Shown here piece after piece: positions 12,201 through 23,750 of a stretch of 52,307 nt of DNA. Position 1 is the stretch's first letter. Each line of letters opens with the position of its first letter. Below the pieces are notes generated by a model. The model was not told the origin of the DNA. It saw nothing but the letters and a program-made list of their open reading frames with translations, and did no database searches. Origin of the DNA: an uncultured bacterium (GTDB lineage Bacteria; Auribacterota; Erginobacteria; Erginobacterales; Erginobacteraceae); assembly GCA_963822585.1 (NCBI GenBank), contig CAWGIE010000014.1, positions 1-52,307 of the forward strand. The letters are read 5' to 3'. The position numbers were made by a program, and so were the translations under genes.

Positions 12201-14752
12201 TGCCGTGGGCTGAGCATGCCCTGAAGGGACGAGATCTAGTACGTCGCGCTTTCGATGCCGCCTATCGGATCGGTGACCTCACATTTGCCGCTTATAGCTG
12301 CAATGAGTTGATCACGAACTTTTTGACAGTGGGGGATCCCCTTGCTGACGTGCAAGCGGAAGCCGAAACCGGTCTTGCATTTGCCAAAAGAGCAGGATTC
12401 GGCCTTGTAGTTGACCTCATCACTGCGCAAGTAGGGCTTGTCCGGACTCTTCGTGGGCTGACTCCAAAATTTGGCTCATTTAACGATCACGAGTTTGATG
12501 AGTTTGAATTCGAACAACACCTGGCAAGTAATCCTGTCTTAGGGCTCCCCGAGTTCTGGTATTGGGCCCGAAGGGTGCAAGCCTGCGTCTTTGCCGGAGA
12601 CTATCCTTCCGCCGTCGATGCATCTTCGAGAGCGCAGCAATTGCTCTGGACATCGCCATCGCAATTTGAAACGGCAGAATTCCAATTTTACGGCGCGCTT
12701 TCACAAGCGGCATCCTGGGATTCCGCATCATGCGACCAGAAACAGCGGCATTTCGAGGCTCTGACAGCTCACCAAAGGCAGCTCGATACCTGGGCCGAGC
12801 ATTGCCCCGATAATTTCGAAAATCGCGCCGCACTAGTGCGTGGGGAGATCGCACGAATTGAAGGCCGCGAGTTCAATGCTATGCGTTTCTACAAGCAGGC
12901 TATCCGTTCGGCCCGCGCAAACGGCTTTGTGCACAATGAGGCACTTGCCTATGAGGTGGCCGCGCGCTTCTACTTAGTGCGCGGCTTCGATAAGATCGGG
13001 GAGACTTATCTGCGGGAAGCCCGGTCCTGCTATCGCCGATGGGGCGCCGACGGCAAGGTCCGGCAACTCAATCAGCTATACCCGCAACTTCGGGATGAGG
13101 AGCGCAGTTCGGCGGGCACGATTCTCGCCCCTGTCGAACATTTGGACTTCACCACCTTTACGAAAGTTTCACAAGCGTTAGCGGGCGAGATTGTCCCGGA
13201 AAAACTGATCGAGACGCTCATGCGGACTGCGATCGAACACGCGGGTGCTGAGCGAGGTGTGCTGATTCTTTCGCAAGGTGACGAGTATGGGATTGATGCG
13301 GAAGCCGAGGCCAGCAGCGATACTGTGACAGTACATTTGCGACGAGCGAGCGTAACTGCTGCGGACCTGCCGGAGTCGATCCTTCGCTACGTTGCCCGCA
13401 CGAAGGAGCGTGTTCTTCTGAATGACGCTTCTCGAGAGAACCCATTTTCGTCTGACGCATACATTCAGCGGCGCCGTGTGCGCTCAATTCTTTGCAAACC
13501 GCTGCTTAAGCAGACCACATTGGTCGGAATGCTCTATCTAGAAAACAAGCTAGCTCCCAACGTGTTCACTCCGGCTCGAATAGCGGTCCTCAAACTGCTC
13601 ACCTCGCAGGCGGCGATCTATCTGGAGAACACCCGTCTCTATAGCGAACTTCAAGAAAGGGAGGCAAAGGTACGACGGCTCGTCGACACTGCCCTCGACG
13701 CAGTCCTAAGCATGGATGAGCAGGGCAGCATCACGGAATGGAACGCGCGCGCCGAAACGATGTTCGGCTGGCGACGCGAGGAGATCATGGGTCGCCGTCT
13801 CTCCGAAAAGTTAATTCCGATGCGATACCGGTCCGCCCACGAGGAGGGGCTGCGCCGTTTTCTGACCTCCAGAGAAGGGCCTATGCTCAATCGGTTGGTT
13901 GAGATTACGGCTCTCCGCCGAGACGGCAGCGAATTTCCGGTCGAGTTGTCGATCGCATCTTATAGCATCGGCGGGACCTGGGCGTTCAGCGGCTTCGTCC
14001 GCGACATTACCAAGCGCAAACAAGCTGAGGAAAGATTGCGAGAGGCCGAAACCGAACTTGCTCGCTTTTCGAGACTGACGACCGTGGGCGAGTTGCTCGC
14101 CTCCATCACCCACGAGATTAACCAGCCTCTTGCCGCTGTCGTAACTAACGCCAATGCCGGCCTGCACTGGCTTGCGAGGAAGAACCCTGATCTTGACGAG
14201 ATACGTGAGGCGTTCTCCAGCATCGTGAGCATTGGAAAACATGCGGACGGAGTGATTCAGAGCCTACGAGCTCTCGCAAAGAACACCCCGCCCCAGTTCA
14301 GAGAGTTCAACTTGAACGACGCAACTCAAGAAGTGTTGGCTCTAACTCGCACCGAATTGAATCGCCACGATATCAAGCTGCACCTTGCTCTTAGAGCCGA
14401 ACCGGTCATTTTTGGGGATAAAATTCAACTGCAACAAGTGCTATTGAACCTGATAAAGAATGGTATTGAAGCAATGCGTTCCGTATCGGATCGTCCTCGG
14501 CTATTGACGATAGCCTCGGATTTGGATGAAACAAGCGCCGTTCGCGTCGGAATTGAGGATGCCGGCACCGGAATTGATCCAACCATAGCCGATCGCATCT
14601 TCAGCTCTTTCTTCACGACGAAATCCGACGGCATGGGCATTGGGCTATCAATCTGTCAATCGATCCTGAAGAATCACGGTGGTCGCATTTGGGCGACACC
14701 GCGTGTGCCCCATGGAACAGCGTTTTGGTTCACAGTCCCAAAAAAGGTTTGA
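9274..14752 (+). CDS. Hybrid Ser/Thr kinase-AAA ATPase-GAF-PAS-histidine kinase, with one frameshift near 9453
   Basis: HKDIKPAN, GTLPYMAPE, Walker A GYSGIGKS, LFLDDLQW, GAF (AGAERG..YLEN), PAS, HEINQPL, G-boxes DAGTG and GMGIGL; ORF 9274-9489 joins 9509-14752 if one base is removed. Confidence 0.93.
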
Positions 14753-14842
14753 CGCTTACGATTGTCTGGCCGCCGAACGTTTGTCGCTCCTGCAAATTCT
14801 GCCTCCGATGAGATCCGCCCCGTGTTCGTAGAAGTGACGGAG

Positions 14843-15862
14843 TCAACACTCGCTTTGAGAGCTGTGGGCGGCATGGAGAGTTTTCGGTTTATCGCTATAA
14901 AGCATTGTCGAGTGTCGTCCATTCTCCGCGCGATACTCTGAGGGATCGATGCCGTAGATCGTTCGAAAAGCTCGAGCGAAACTAGTTCGACTTCCATATC
15001 CCACCAAATTTGCAATTGAATCAATGGAATATGCGTTAGTCGCAAGAAGCCCGGCGGCTTTCCTCATCCGTAGTCGTCTCAAGGCTGCAAGTGGCGAGAT
15101 GCCGATCGCGTTTGTAAATCGAGCCATGAACGCTGAGCGACTGAGACTAGCGATCTGAGAAAGCGATTTTACAGAATGTGCAGCGCCGGGCTGAGCAAGC
15201 ATACTTACAAACGCGCGCGCAATTTGAGGATCGCTTAGGATCGGGAATCGTTCGGTCCAAATTTCCGAAGATCTCATCGAGCGCCGAAGAATTATAACCA
15301 TCACTCTCTTCAACAGTGCGGCGTTCATCGCGCACATCCCAACTTCCTGTTCGCTTAGTTCCGCGAGAGCGGATTTGAGATTTCCAGCAAGGCTGTTTGT
15401 TTCATCAAAACGCTCGACGATCGGAATCGTCAACGACTTAAATACATCAATCGATTCTCCGTAAGCAGCGCGAATATGCCCGCATACCGCAACTAAGGCC
15501 GGTTCTTCAATTCCCTCCGCCTGTGTACTCTTTGCACTTCCGCTCCTTGTAAATCCTATAACATCCTCCTCCTTCGTCTTAAGCCGCGACAATGGCGGCG
15601 TCTCAAGCCGAAAGGACGTCATCTCTGGGAGGATTACCAACGTGTGTGGCGTTAGGGAAATCGGCGCCAAGTTACCAGTAACCAATCGCCCGGAACCCGA
15701 TATACAGTAATGTATCGCGGTTCCACGCGCTCGGGGAAACGATAAGGAAGAGTCGGAGCTAACGCTACACTCAGTCAGGCTCTCGATATTAACTTCCAGT
15801 TCGACTAATAAACGATCGATAGCAGCTGGGGGCAGGTCGATTTTTGGACTATCTACGATCAC
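14843..15862 (-). CDS. RclR-like AraC regulator, copy 2
   Basis: Colinear with copy 1: ECSVSS, AVCGH, SDPQIARA, SRSAFMARF, VGYGSRTSFARAF. Confidence 0.92.
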   Translation of the reverse strand: MIVDSPKIDLPPAAIDRLLVELEVNIESLTECSVSSDSSLSFPRARGTAIHYCISGSGRLVTGNLAPISLTPHTLVILPEMTSFRLETPPLSRLKTKEEDVIGFTRSGSAKSTQAEGIEEPALVAVCGHIRAAYGESIDVFKSLTIPIVERFDETNSLAGNLKSALAELSEQEVGMCAMNAALLKRVMVIILRRSMRSSEIWTERFPILSDPQIARAFVSMLAQPGAAHSVKSLSQIASLSRSAFMARFTNAIGISPLAALRRLRMRKAAGLLATNAYSIDSIANLVGYGSRTSFARAFRTIYGIDPSEYRAENGRHSTMLYSDKPKTLHAAHSSQSEC

Positions 15863-16461
15863 GTTAGCACCTCAATAAAGCTGAGTGAAGTTATGGATTG
15901 GCCGAGATATTTCGCGGCGCGGGAGAAGCTGCCGTGATGTGCTACGGCCGCGAAGGCTGTCAGCCGAGCGAACCCAGAGCCTCGCAACAATTGTCTTTTG
16001 TGAATGGCTCTTCTAGTTCGCCGCTCGTTGAAACCGGCGTCGTCTCCGGTCGTAGTTTTGACACTCTGCGACTTGCCGAGTTCGATGCCCGCTCGGACGC
16101 GTTCAAGAAATTCGATGTGATTGAACTGATGGTCCAAGCAACATATCGTCCCTGCATTGGACGCTTGAGAGCGGGCTTTGTCGTTAGTGCACGCCGCAAT
16201 AAAAACCGTAGGCAGGATTTCGCCGGATCGCACCTGGTCGTCGTGTTGTTCGCGTCCGTTCAGGCGCGGCATCTGCACGTCAGTGACCAGACACACGGCG
16301 CTGTTCTTGACATCGGATTTAAGAAAAGCGTCAGCCGACTGGAACGCCTCGGTCGCAAATCCGGACGCGTTCAATACGCTCTTAGCTGCCCCGCGCATTG
16401 ATTCATCGTCGGCAACAATAGCGACGATTGGGTTACTCGGAGATGCAAATTCGTTGGTCAT
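15859..16461 (-). CDS. Receiver-domain protein with truncated LysR-like HTH at C-terminus
   Basis: VAIVADDE..VTDVQMP receiver, then LTAFAAVAHHGSFSRAAKYLGQS; GTGA overlap with the AraC start. Confidence 0.65.
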   Translation of the reverse strand: MTNEFASPSNPIVAIVADDESMRGAAKSVLNASGFATEAFQSADAFLKSDVKNSAVCLVTDVQMPRLNGREQHDDQVRSGEILPTVFIAACTNDKARSQASNAGTICCLDHQFNHIEFLERVRAGIELGKSQSVKTTTGDDAGFNERRTRRAIHKRQLLRGSGFARLTAFAAVAHHGSFSRAAKYLGQSITSLSFIEVLT

Positions 16462-16699
16462 AGCCACACGTTTGCCATTTCCGACAGCATTCCGCCATTG
16501 GACGTAGGTTAAGTGAGTATGCAGGGATGCCGGATCGAAATAGACGAAAGAGCCAGTGAGGCTATTCATTGGTTTAGCGTGTCGCTAATTTTGCGCGGGA
16601 TGATGTATCTGGGTCTCGACGGCTACTTGCACGTTGTAACCGACGACGCCTTAGCCGCGCCCGCTGGTTGTCATCGAGCGGCTATTAGGGTCGGTTAGC

Positions 16700-17130
16700 A
16701 GATCTGTTGATCAATAGTTCACGAAACGCCTCGATGGAGTGTTCAATCCGCTGGAACCAGCCGCTGTTTCCTTGCGCTCGTAGTGATCGTTTGGCCTGGT
16801 CGGGACTTTCGCGAGCGAGAATGAAGACAGTTAAATCTTCCTTTGATTTTCCGGCGAAGTAGATTTTAAGGTCAATGGCAAGGCAAAATTCGAGTAGCGC
16901 ACGATCAATTGCCCGCCCGTCGCGGAAGTCGGTCCGTGGACAGCTTTTTTTGCGCGGCCATGTCGATGCCTCGGCGGATGACCCGCCGTCCAAGAGGCTA
17001 TTAATCTTGGTCCACGACCTTGCAACAACGCCATCGGCGAAAGAACTGATTGCTCTAGCCGAACCGTGGCGTCCTTATCGCGGCGGCGTTCCGTCTATAG
17101 TGGCCTACTACCGCGCGCGCGGAAACAGCG
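16700..17130 (+). pseudogene. AlkA-like DNA-3-methyladenine glycosylase remnant
   Basis: VGPWTA (HhH), GHVDA, PSAKELIALAEPWRPYRG..AYYRA in broken frames; 5' boundary approximate. Confidence 0.6.
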
Positions 17131-17204
17131 GTCGGATGTGCCGTTCGCAGCTGAGGCATGATCATCCTGGCGAACGGCCCGAGACGCATGGAAATGAATC
17201 GGAA

Positions 17205-17230
17205 GAAGAGAGGAATTCGCTCCTCTCTTC
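17205..17230 (-). terminator. Hairpin just after xoxF stop
   Basis: GAAGAGAGGA-attcgc-TCCTCTCTTC perfect 10-bp stem; weak U tract. Confidence 0.5.
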
Positions 17231-17246
17231 GTTGCGCGCCGTGGCA

Positions 17247-19067
17247 TCAGGGTAGCGCGAATACCGTGAGCGAACCGCCAAGGTTCGTGTATTCCGAAAG
17301 GCCGGAATAGCCGCCGACGGCGCCCAGGCCATCATTGGGATTGGTCAAGCCAGCTGCAAGGCCGATACCTGCCCAGCCGCCGACGCCGGAGAAGACAGCG
17401 ACGTATTGTTTGCCGTCATGCTCGTACGTCATCGGATTGCCGATAATCCCCGACGGCGTCTTGAATTTGAATAGTTCCTTACCCGTTTTCTGGTCGACGG
17501 CTTTGAAATAGCCTTCGAGCGTGCCGTAAAAGGCGACCCCGCCAGCGGTGCTCAGGACGCCTGACCAAACCGAGAAACGCTCGGGGTCCGACCAAATGAT
17601 CTTTCCTTGCGAAGCGTCCCACGCGACAAAGGCGCCCATGTGCTCGGGCCTATCGGGGCCCGGGAACATCGAGAGCGTCGCTCCCACGTAAGGTTGGCCC
17701 GCAGTATATGAGACTTTGAACGGTTCATAGTCCATGCACACGTGGTTGGTGGGAACGTAGAAGAGACCGGTGAGCTCTGAATAGGAAGCGGGTTGCTCGT
17801 CTTTTGTGCCGAGCGCGGCGGGACAGATACCCCTGGTGTTGAAATCGGTACCGTTGGCGAAGGTTGAATATTTCTTCACACGGATCGGCCGACCGAAATG
17901 CCGACTGGCCTTGTCAAGATCGATGCCTGTTGCCCAATTGACGACCGGATCGTATTTCTCGGCGACTAGAGGTTCACCTGTAGTGCGGTCAAGCGTGTAG
18001 GCGAACCCGTTGCGGTCGAAGTGAACGTCGACTTTGCGCTTTTCGCCTTTGATCTCGATGTCGGCGAGGATCGGCTCGTTGACGCCGTCGTAATCCCATT
18101 CATCGAATGGCGTCATTTGATATGCCCAAGTAGCGACGCCCGTGTCGGGATCGCGAGCAAAATGTGTCATCGTCCATTTTTGGTCGATGGGCTTGCCGTC
18201 CTTCCCCGCACGCTGGACGGGATTCCATGTCGAAGGATTTGCGGTGCCGTAATAGAAGAGATTGAGGTCGGGATCGTACGCCATGTAGCCCCAGACTGAG
18301 CCACCGCCAATCTTCCATTGGTCGCCGTTCCACGTGTTTAATGACGAATTTTTTCCGATCGGTTTGCCGAGTGACATCGTTTTCTTGGGATCGACGAGCA
18401 TCTCATCGTCCGGTCCTGTTGAATAGGCTCGCCATTTCCGTTTCCCGGAGTTGATATCGTAACCGGTGACTGAGCCGCGGACGCCGTATTCGGCGCCGGA
18501 AATACCGACGATGATCGTATCCTTGGCGATGAGCGGCGCTTAAGTCCCGGTCTCTGCCTTCTTGGGATCGCCGTTTACGGCTTTCCAGAGTTCTTTGCCG
18601 GTTTTGGCGTCAAGGGCAACGAGTGTGGTATCAGCCTGATAGAGAAAGACCTTGCCCTCGGCGTACTGCAAGCCGCGATTGACGGTATCGCAGCACATCA
18701 CAGGGATAACGGAAGGATTCTGTTTGGGCGTGTATTTCCAAATAATCTTCTGGTCATCATTGAGGTCCAGTGCGTACACGATATTGGGGAAAGGCGTGTG
18801 TAGGTACATCACGTCGCCGATAACAAGCGGGCTGCCTTCGTGGCCGCGAAGAACGCCGGTCGAAAATGTCCACGCAACCTTGAGACTGCCGACGTTGTCC
18901 GTCGTGATCTGATCGAGCCTCGAGTAACGGTGACCGTTGTAATTGCCTGACTGCTGCGCCCAGTTGTTTGGATCGTTCGAAAGCTTGATAACATCGTCAT
19001 TGGCTTCAGCGGGCGCTACCAACGGAACAACCGATAACAGTCCTAAGAGCAGTGAATAGGCTCGCAT
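17247..19067 (-). pseudogene. xoxF: Lanthanide-dependent PQQ methanol dehydrogenase XoxF with one in-frame TAA at 18540-18542
   Basis: Signal peptide, [40 protein letters not shown] (D-x-D lanthanide signature), GVGGWAGIG; both ORF halves are in the same frame. Confidence 0.93.
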
Positions 19068-19357
19068 TCTTTGGGCTCCATTAAAGGGTGACAACGTTCG
19101 CAAATCCTTCGCGGATGCGACACGGCGTGTCCAGCGATGGGCCACTCGTCGATCCAACATTCGGACCTGCTGGTACGGAAAACGGATTCTCCGGAGACAC
19201 ATCCGCGGCGCGCTTAAAGATCCTCGGGGAAATGACGATCGTAGGTTTCGTCGACGACAGTGAACTTGTCGATCGACGTACGGAGACATTGCACTTGTCA
19301 CCACGCACTCTATCATCCGTTCAAGGACCGGCTCGGTCTGGCATTCAATCGGCGGGT

Positions 19358-20957
19358 TCAACGAAATCGCGACACCCGAAGCGCCCCCTCTGAAATGACG
19401 CGTGCGTTGTCAGAGATGACATCACCGGCGACCACGCCCCCGACCTTGACCTCGGGATTCGACCAAATCGGCAAACGAGGACAACCATCGCAGCTTTCCG
19501 CATAACCCATCACGGTTCTCCATTTCTTTCGATAAATGAAGCCATGACCAAACGCGTATGGAATCGATGCGTTGTCCAATCCAATATCGTGCCGAGCACC
19601 TAATATATGTCCGATTTCGTGAGCAAGCGAGTAACTCGTCGCTGCGCACTCGTGATGGACAACGGCAAAAGCACGATCGGCTTTGGGCGCAAACTCCTGC
19701 CGAAAGCCCACATCCATTAGGATCATCAACGACCAAAACAACAACATCTGCGCGATAGGCATCTCGAATCGCATGGACTTCGTCCATGTAGCCGTCCCCC
19801 TTATCAGCGAGGCGGAATACATGGTCGAAGTGGGTCGCGCCGTCTTCGATGTAATTCGTCTGGTAGCTGTAGACGAGACGAAGGCGGACATTAGTTACTC
19901 CGCTATTCAGGAACGACTGATTTGCTTCTTCAATAGCTAGCTCGATAAGTTCGTGTTTAATGTCGACGTAGTGAGCTGCGGCTTTGGCCGTATAAGGCAC
20001 CAGTACATCGATTGTGATTTGGTCCTCCGGTCGCTGCGGTGGTGATAGGTTGGGAATATTAAAAGCTAAGTTGACATGCTGATCGCCACGTGGCGCGGCG
20101 TCCTCAAGATTGCGGCGCGGCTCTTGATCGATCCTATGTTTCCCTGGTGACAACGTATTCAGTTCGCCTTTCAAAGCACGGGCATCTCGGTCCGGCATTT
20201 TGCCCACGGGCATTTCGGCCCTCGGAGGATGTTCAGGTGGCATCAAACTGGGGACCATCTCTACCACTGCAAATTTTTCGCCGCCGAGATGGCGAACTAC
20301 GAAGCGATGCCCCTCATAATATATTTGTCCGGCGAGTTCGCCGTCTGCGCGCCAGATTAACGTGACAGGTTCGCCACTCGCTTCAATGTTACCATGCCAA
20401 GCATAGCCGTTTTCGATGCTTCGCACGCTCGTGCGCACGGCGGTAACTTGGAGATCGGCGCGGAGCGTTACAATTAGTGCGCCGCGATCACAACTCTGTC
20501 GCTTACGTCTCGTCAAAACGTATTCCATCACCCGAGGGTCGGGTAAGGAAATGACGCAGAATTTCGTTGCGGCTCTTGATTCCATGGCCATCGACATCAT
20601 CTTCCCCTGCTCTTCGGTCATATCGTGGGAAGTCGGCAGAGTCGCCGCATCGCCGTTGAGGGAAGGAATAATTGCCGAAATTCCTTTTTCCTTTGCGAGT
20701 GTCTCTACCGCGTGGAGTTGATCCGTATTGACAGTCCATGCTTCCGAATGCGTGAGGGGCAGAGATTCAACTATTGGGTTACCTGCTGCGTGCAAAAGAG
20801 CACGGTTGGTAGAATCAGATCTGCCAAGAACATTTGAGAGAATTATCGTTTTTTGACTAGCTGCCGCGGCGTCTGCTGGAACAGCAACGGTTTTTACAGT
20901 TGCGACAGTCAGCACAAAGAGGATAAAATATCGACGATTCCGAAAAGCGAAAAACAA
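19358..20957 (-). CDS. Secreted metzincin (M12/peptidyl-Asp-like) metallopeptidase, frameshift near 19692
   Basis: Signal peptide, IDVLVPYT, EANQSFLNSGV, RDAYRADVVVL, AHEIGHILGARHD (HExxHxxGxxH), RTVMGY Met-turn. Confidence 0.85.
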
Positions 20958-21035
20958 GATGCGGCCTACTGAAAAGTACCTGAAGGATTGACGGCTCCGG
21001 TATCCGGACGAAAATCTATAATTGTAGAAAAACCC

Positions 21036-21299
21036 CTATCTGCGAGCCTTGGCCTCCATCCCTTTCTCTATTTTGTCCCAAACGCTGTGAGGGGAAAAAT
21101 TGTCACCGGCCTTGCAAGAGTTGTAGCCATTAACCGATTTGCGGAGAGCGTCTGCAAGAGTGTATCCCTCCACCCTGTTGATGAAGATTTGCATTTTCTC
21201 CATGTGCCCCTTGAATGCTTCGTCGCAGTCGTAGGCAAAGGCTGAATGCGAAAATGCAGCATACGCCGTAAAAATCGCACCAAAAATGAGCAACTTCAT
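21036..21299 (-). CDS. Small secreted two-Cys protein, unknown family (copy 1)
   Basis: GGAG RBS, signal peptide MKLLIFGAIFTAYAAFSHSAFA; clear paralog at 48545-48817. Confidence 0.8.
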   Translation of the reverse strand: MKLLIFGAIFTAYAAFSHSAFAYDCDEAFKGHMEKMQIFINRVEGYTLADALRKSVNGYNSCKAGDNFSPHSVWDKIEKGMEAKARR

Positions 21300-21416
21300 C
21301 GCAAACTCCAAATGTAGTGTCTCAACGGACAAGAGACGCAGGCTAAGCCAAACTGTGAGAGCTCGCCCGTCCCTAGAATTCTTGAACGGGTTATGCCGCG
21401 TCTGTCAGGTCCGATC

Positions 21417-21441
21417 ATCCCGAACAGGTAGCCGAATATCC
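21417..21441 (-). promoter_or_regulatory. Repeated 25-bp motif upstream of small secreted protein
   Basis: Minus strand reads ggatattcggctacctgttcgggat; duplicate at 39080-39104. Confidence 0.55.
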
Positions 21442-21589
21442 AAATTCGAGGACATCAGTGTTATGCGTAGTTGCGCTTCGTCGCAAAGCGGCGGGTAGGC
21501 GTACGGGATCTGCTGATCATGGAAATCGCTCAACGAAATTACGACAACTGGAAGTCCGTCTTTGGATATCGGAAATCTGAGCCGAGCGG

Positions 21590-21835
21590 TCCGTCCTCTA
21601 CGCCGAATTGAAGATCAATACCTCGGAAGCGGCGATAGACGCTGCCATTGCGGATGTCGACGTTACGAGCGTCCTCTCATATCAAATCGTCAAGCCGGTC
21701 TCCGAAAGGGAGCTGTCTCTCATCCCTCAAAATTTTGAGCGCGCCCGGATCCAGGTGCGTAATTATTCACGCCCGGCAGGCGCTCTTGCCAATGAAAATG
21801 AGCCTCTTCGCCGATTTTGCTGTTTCCGCGTCTTG
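21590..21835 (+). pseudogene. LysR substrate-binding domain C-terminal remnant
   Basis: LKINTSEAAIDAAIADVDVTSVLSYQI and IHARQALLPMKMSLFADFA in adjacent frames. Confidence 0.7.
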
Positions 21836-21838
21836 CAA

Positions 21839-22050
21839 CAAGAAGTCTCCGCTCGTGCGTTCGGTTTGCGTCAGATGCTATCCCGAGAGGTGCGCGCTGC
21901 CCCCATAGAATGGGTGTTGACCTTGCTGTCTTGAATTGCGAGTTCAGTTGGATACCGACGATGCCAGGTCGTTACTTACTCCAGAAGAGCCCTAGATTCC
22001 TGAAAGCGTATCGGCTCGTCCAGGAATGCCGGACGCGGGTTTCATCGCGC
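21839..22050 (+). repeat. Direct duplication B, copy 1 (partner 41905-42120), non-coding
   Basis: caagaagtctccgctcgtgcgttcgg ... gggtttcatcgcgc present at both places. Confidence 0.85.
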
Positions 22051-22152
22051 CAGTACCGGTGGCAATGTGGCTTTCGGATATTGCGTCTCTACGTGCCGTA
22101 TGAGGCTGCAACATTTCCCGCATAGAGACGAATAACCGAGGAGAGAATCCCC

Positions 22153-23072
22153 ATGAAGGCGATCGTGGTGACGGACCAGGCTGCGGGAACGGCCGGGATG
22201 AAGCTGGTGGAGCGGCCCGAGCCGCAGGCAGCGATAAACGACGTCGTCGTTCAGGTTCATGCGTCGGGATTCGTCCCGACTGAGCTGGCGTGGCCCTCGA
22301 CCTGGACCGATCGCCTCGACCGCGACCGAACACCGTCGATCCCCGGGCACGAGCTGGCCGGAGTGGTCACCGCCCTCGGCTATGGCACGACGGGGCTGTC
22401 GGTCGGACAGCGGGTGTTCGGCCTCGCGGACTGGTATCGCGACGGCACCCTGGCGGAGTACGTGGCCATCGAGGCACGCAACCTCGCGCCGCTGCCGGGC
22501 GACGTCGACTTCACGGTGGGCGCGAGCCTGCCGATCTCGGGCCTGACCGCGTGGCAGGGACTGTTCCAGCACGGCCGCCTTCAGCGCGGGGCAGAGCGTC
22601 CTCGCGCACGGCGCGGCCGGCGCAGTCGGGTCGATGGTGACGCAACTCGCACGTGAGGCCGGCGCCTACGTCATCGGCACCGGACGCGCCGCCGACCGTC
22701 AGAAGGCGCTCGACTTCGGCGCGCAAGGAGTTCGTCGACCTCGACAACGACGTCCTGGAAGACGTCGGCGGAGTCGATCTGGTGTTCGATGTCATCGGCG
22801 GCGACATCGGGAAGCGGTCCGCAGGCCTGATTCGAGCCGGAGGAACACTGGTGTCCATCGTCGGGCCGGCCGAGGCGCGGCCCGCCGACGGCCTGGCGGT
22901 CGACTTCGTTGTCGAGTCCGATCGTGCCCAACTGAGTGAGATCGTCCAGCGGGTGCGGGACGGACGGCTGCGGACGAACATCGGCAACGTCTCGACCCTC
23001 GACGATGCCGTCGCCGCCTTCAACCCGACCGAGCGACGCACGGGGAAGACGATCATCCGCGTTCGTCCGTGA
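22153..23072 (+). CDS. NADP-dependent MDR/quinone oxidoreductase, copy 1; two +1 frameshifts (~22585, ~22725)
   Basis: PSIPGHELAGVV, GLTAWQGLF, AHGAAGAVG; colinear with the intact paralog 32724-33641. Confidence 0.88.
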
Positions 23073-23292
23073 GGACTTGGGGGAGGCGAGCGACAACACC
23101 AAAATCTACACAGCTGGCGCTCTCAACAATTCCGGTTCAAGGGTACGGCTTTTCATCCGCTGCGCGATGCCGTTAGCACTCTTGTTGTCGCCTCCAGAAA
23201 ATGCTCTCTCTTCGAGCCAGAAAAAAGCACCAAGATTGCGCAAAAATCTTGTACCACGAGAATATGATTGGATAAGAACGAGGAGTACGACA

Positions 23293-23709
23293 ATGACAGT
23301 GCGAACTGTACTCGGCGTTGCATGCGCCGCCGTTGTCATGGCGATCGTTGCGCCTGCGTTGGCGCATGACAGCGGCGACCATGTCAGTAAGAACTTCGAG
23401 CAGGCGATACCCAACATACCCGGCAAGTCGCTGATCGCCTTCGTCGTCGACTATCCACCGGGTGGCGCCTCGCCCCCGCACACTCACGCAAAGTCGAGCT
23501 TCATATACGCCTACGTCATTTCCGGAAGTATCGAATTGAAGGTCAACGATGGCGCAAGCCACGTCTACAAGGCCGGCGAGAGTTGGTCGGAACCTCCCGG
23601 TGCGACCCATTCCATCAGCCGCAATGCAAGCAAGACCGAGCCGGCAAAACTGCTCGCCGTCTTCGTCGTCAACACCGACGACAAGGCGCTTACTACCCCA
23701 ATTAAATGA
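23293..23709 (+). CDS. Secreted cupin-domain protein
   Basis: AGGAG RBS, signal peptide, YPPGGASPPHTH, YKAGESWSEPPGATH, PAKLLAVFV. Confidence 0.88.
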   Translation: MTVRTVLGVACAAVVMAIVAPALAHDSGDHVSKNFEQAIPNIPGKSLIAFVVDYPPGGASPPHTHAKSSFIYAYVISGSIELKVNDGASHVYKAGESWSEPPGATHSISRNASKTEPAKLLAVFVVNTDDKALTTPIK

Positions 23710-23750
23710 CACAAATCCTATGAGTGGGGGTGTTTCGCAAGGAGCTGATC

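Larger units (their letters stand above)
20816..21578 (+). repeat. Direct duplication A, copy 1 (partner 38478-39241)
   Basis: Shared from cagatctgccaagaac to ggatatcggaaatct; covers peptidase 5' end, small-protein gene and its promoter. Confidence 0.9.

Noticed and set aside
18540..18542. Programmed read-through or recoding in xoxF
   Set aside because: TAA is not a Sec or Pyl codon; mutation or base-call error is simpler.
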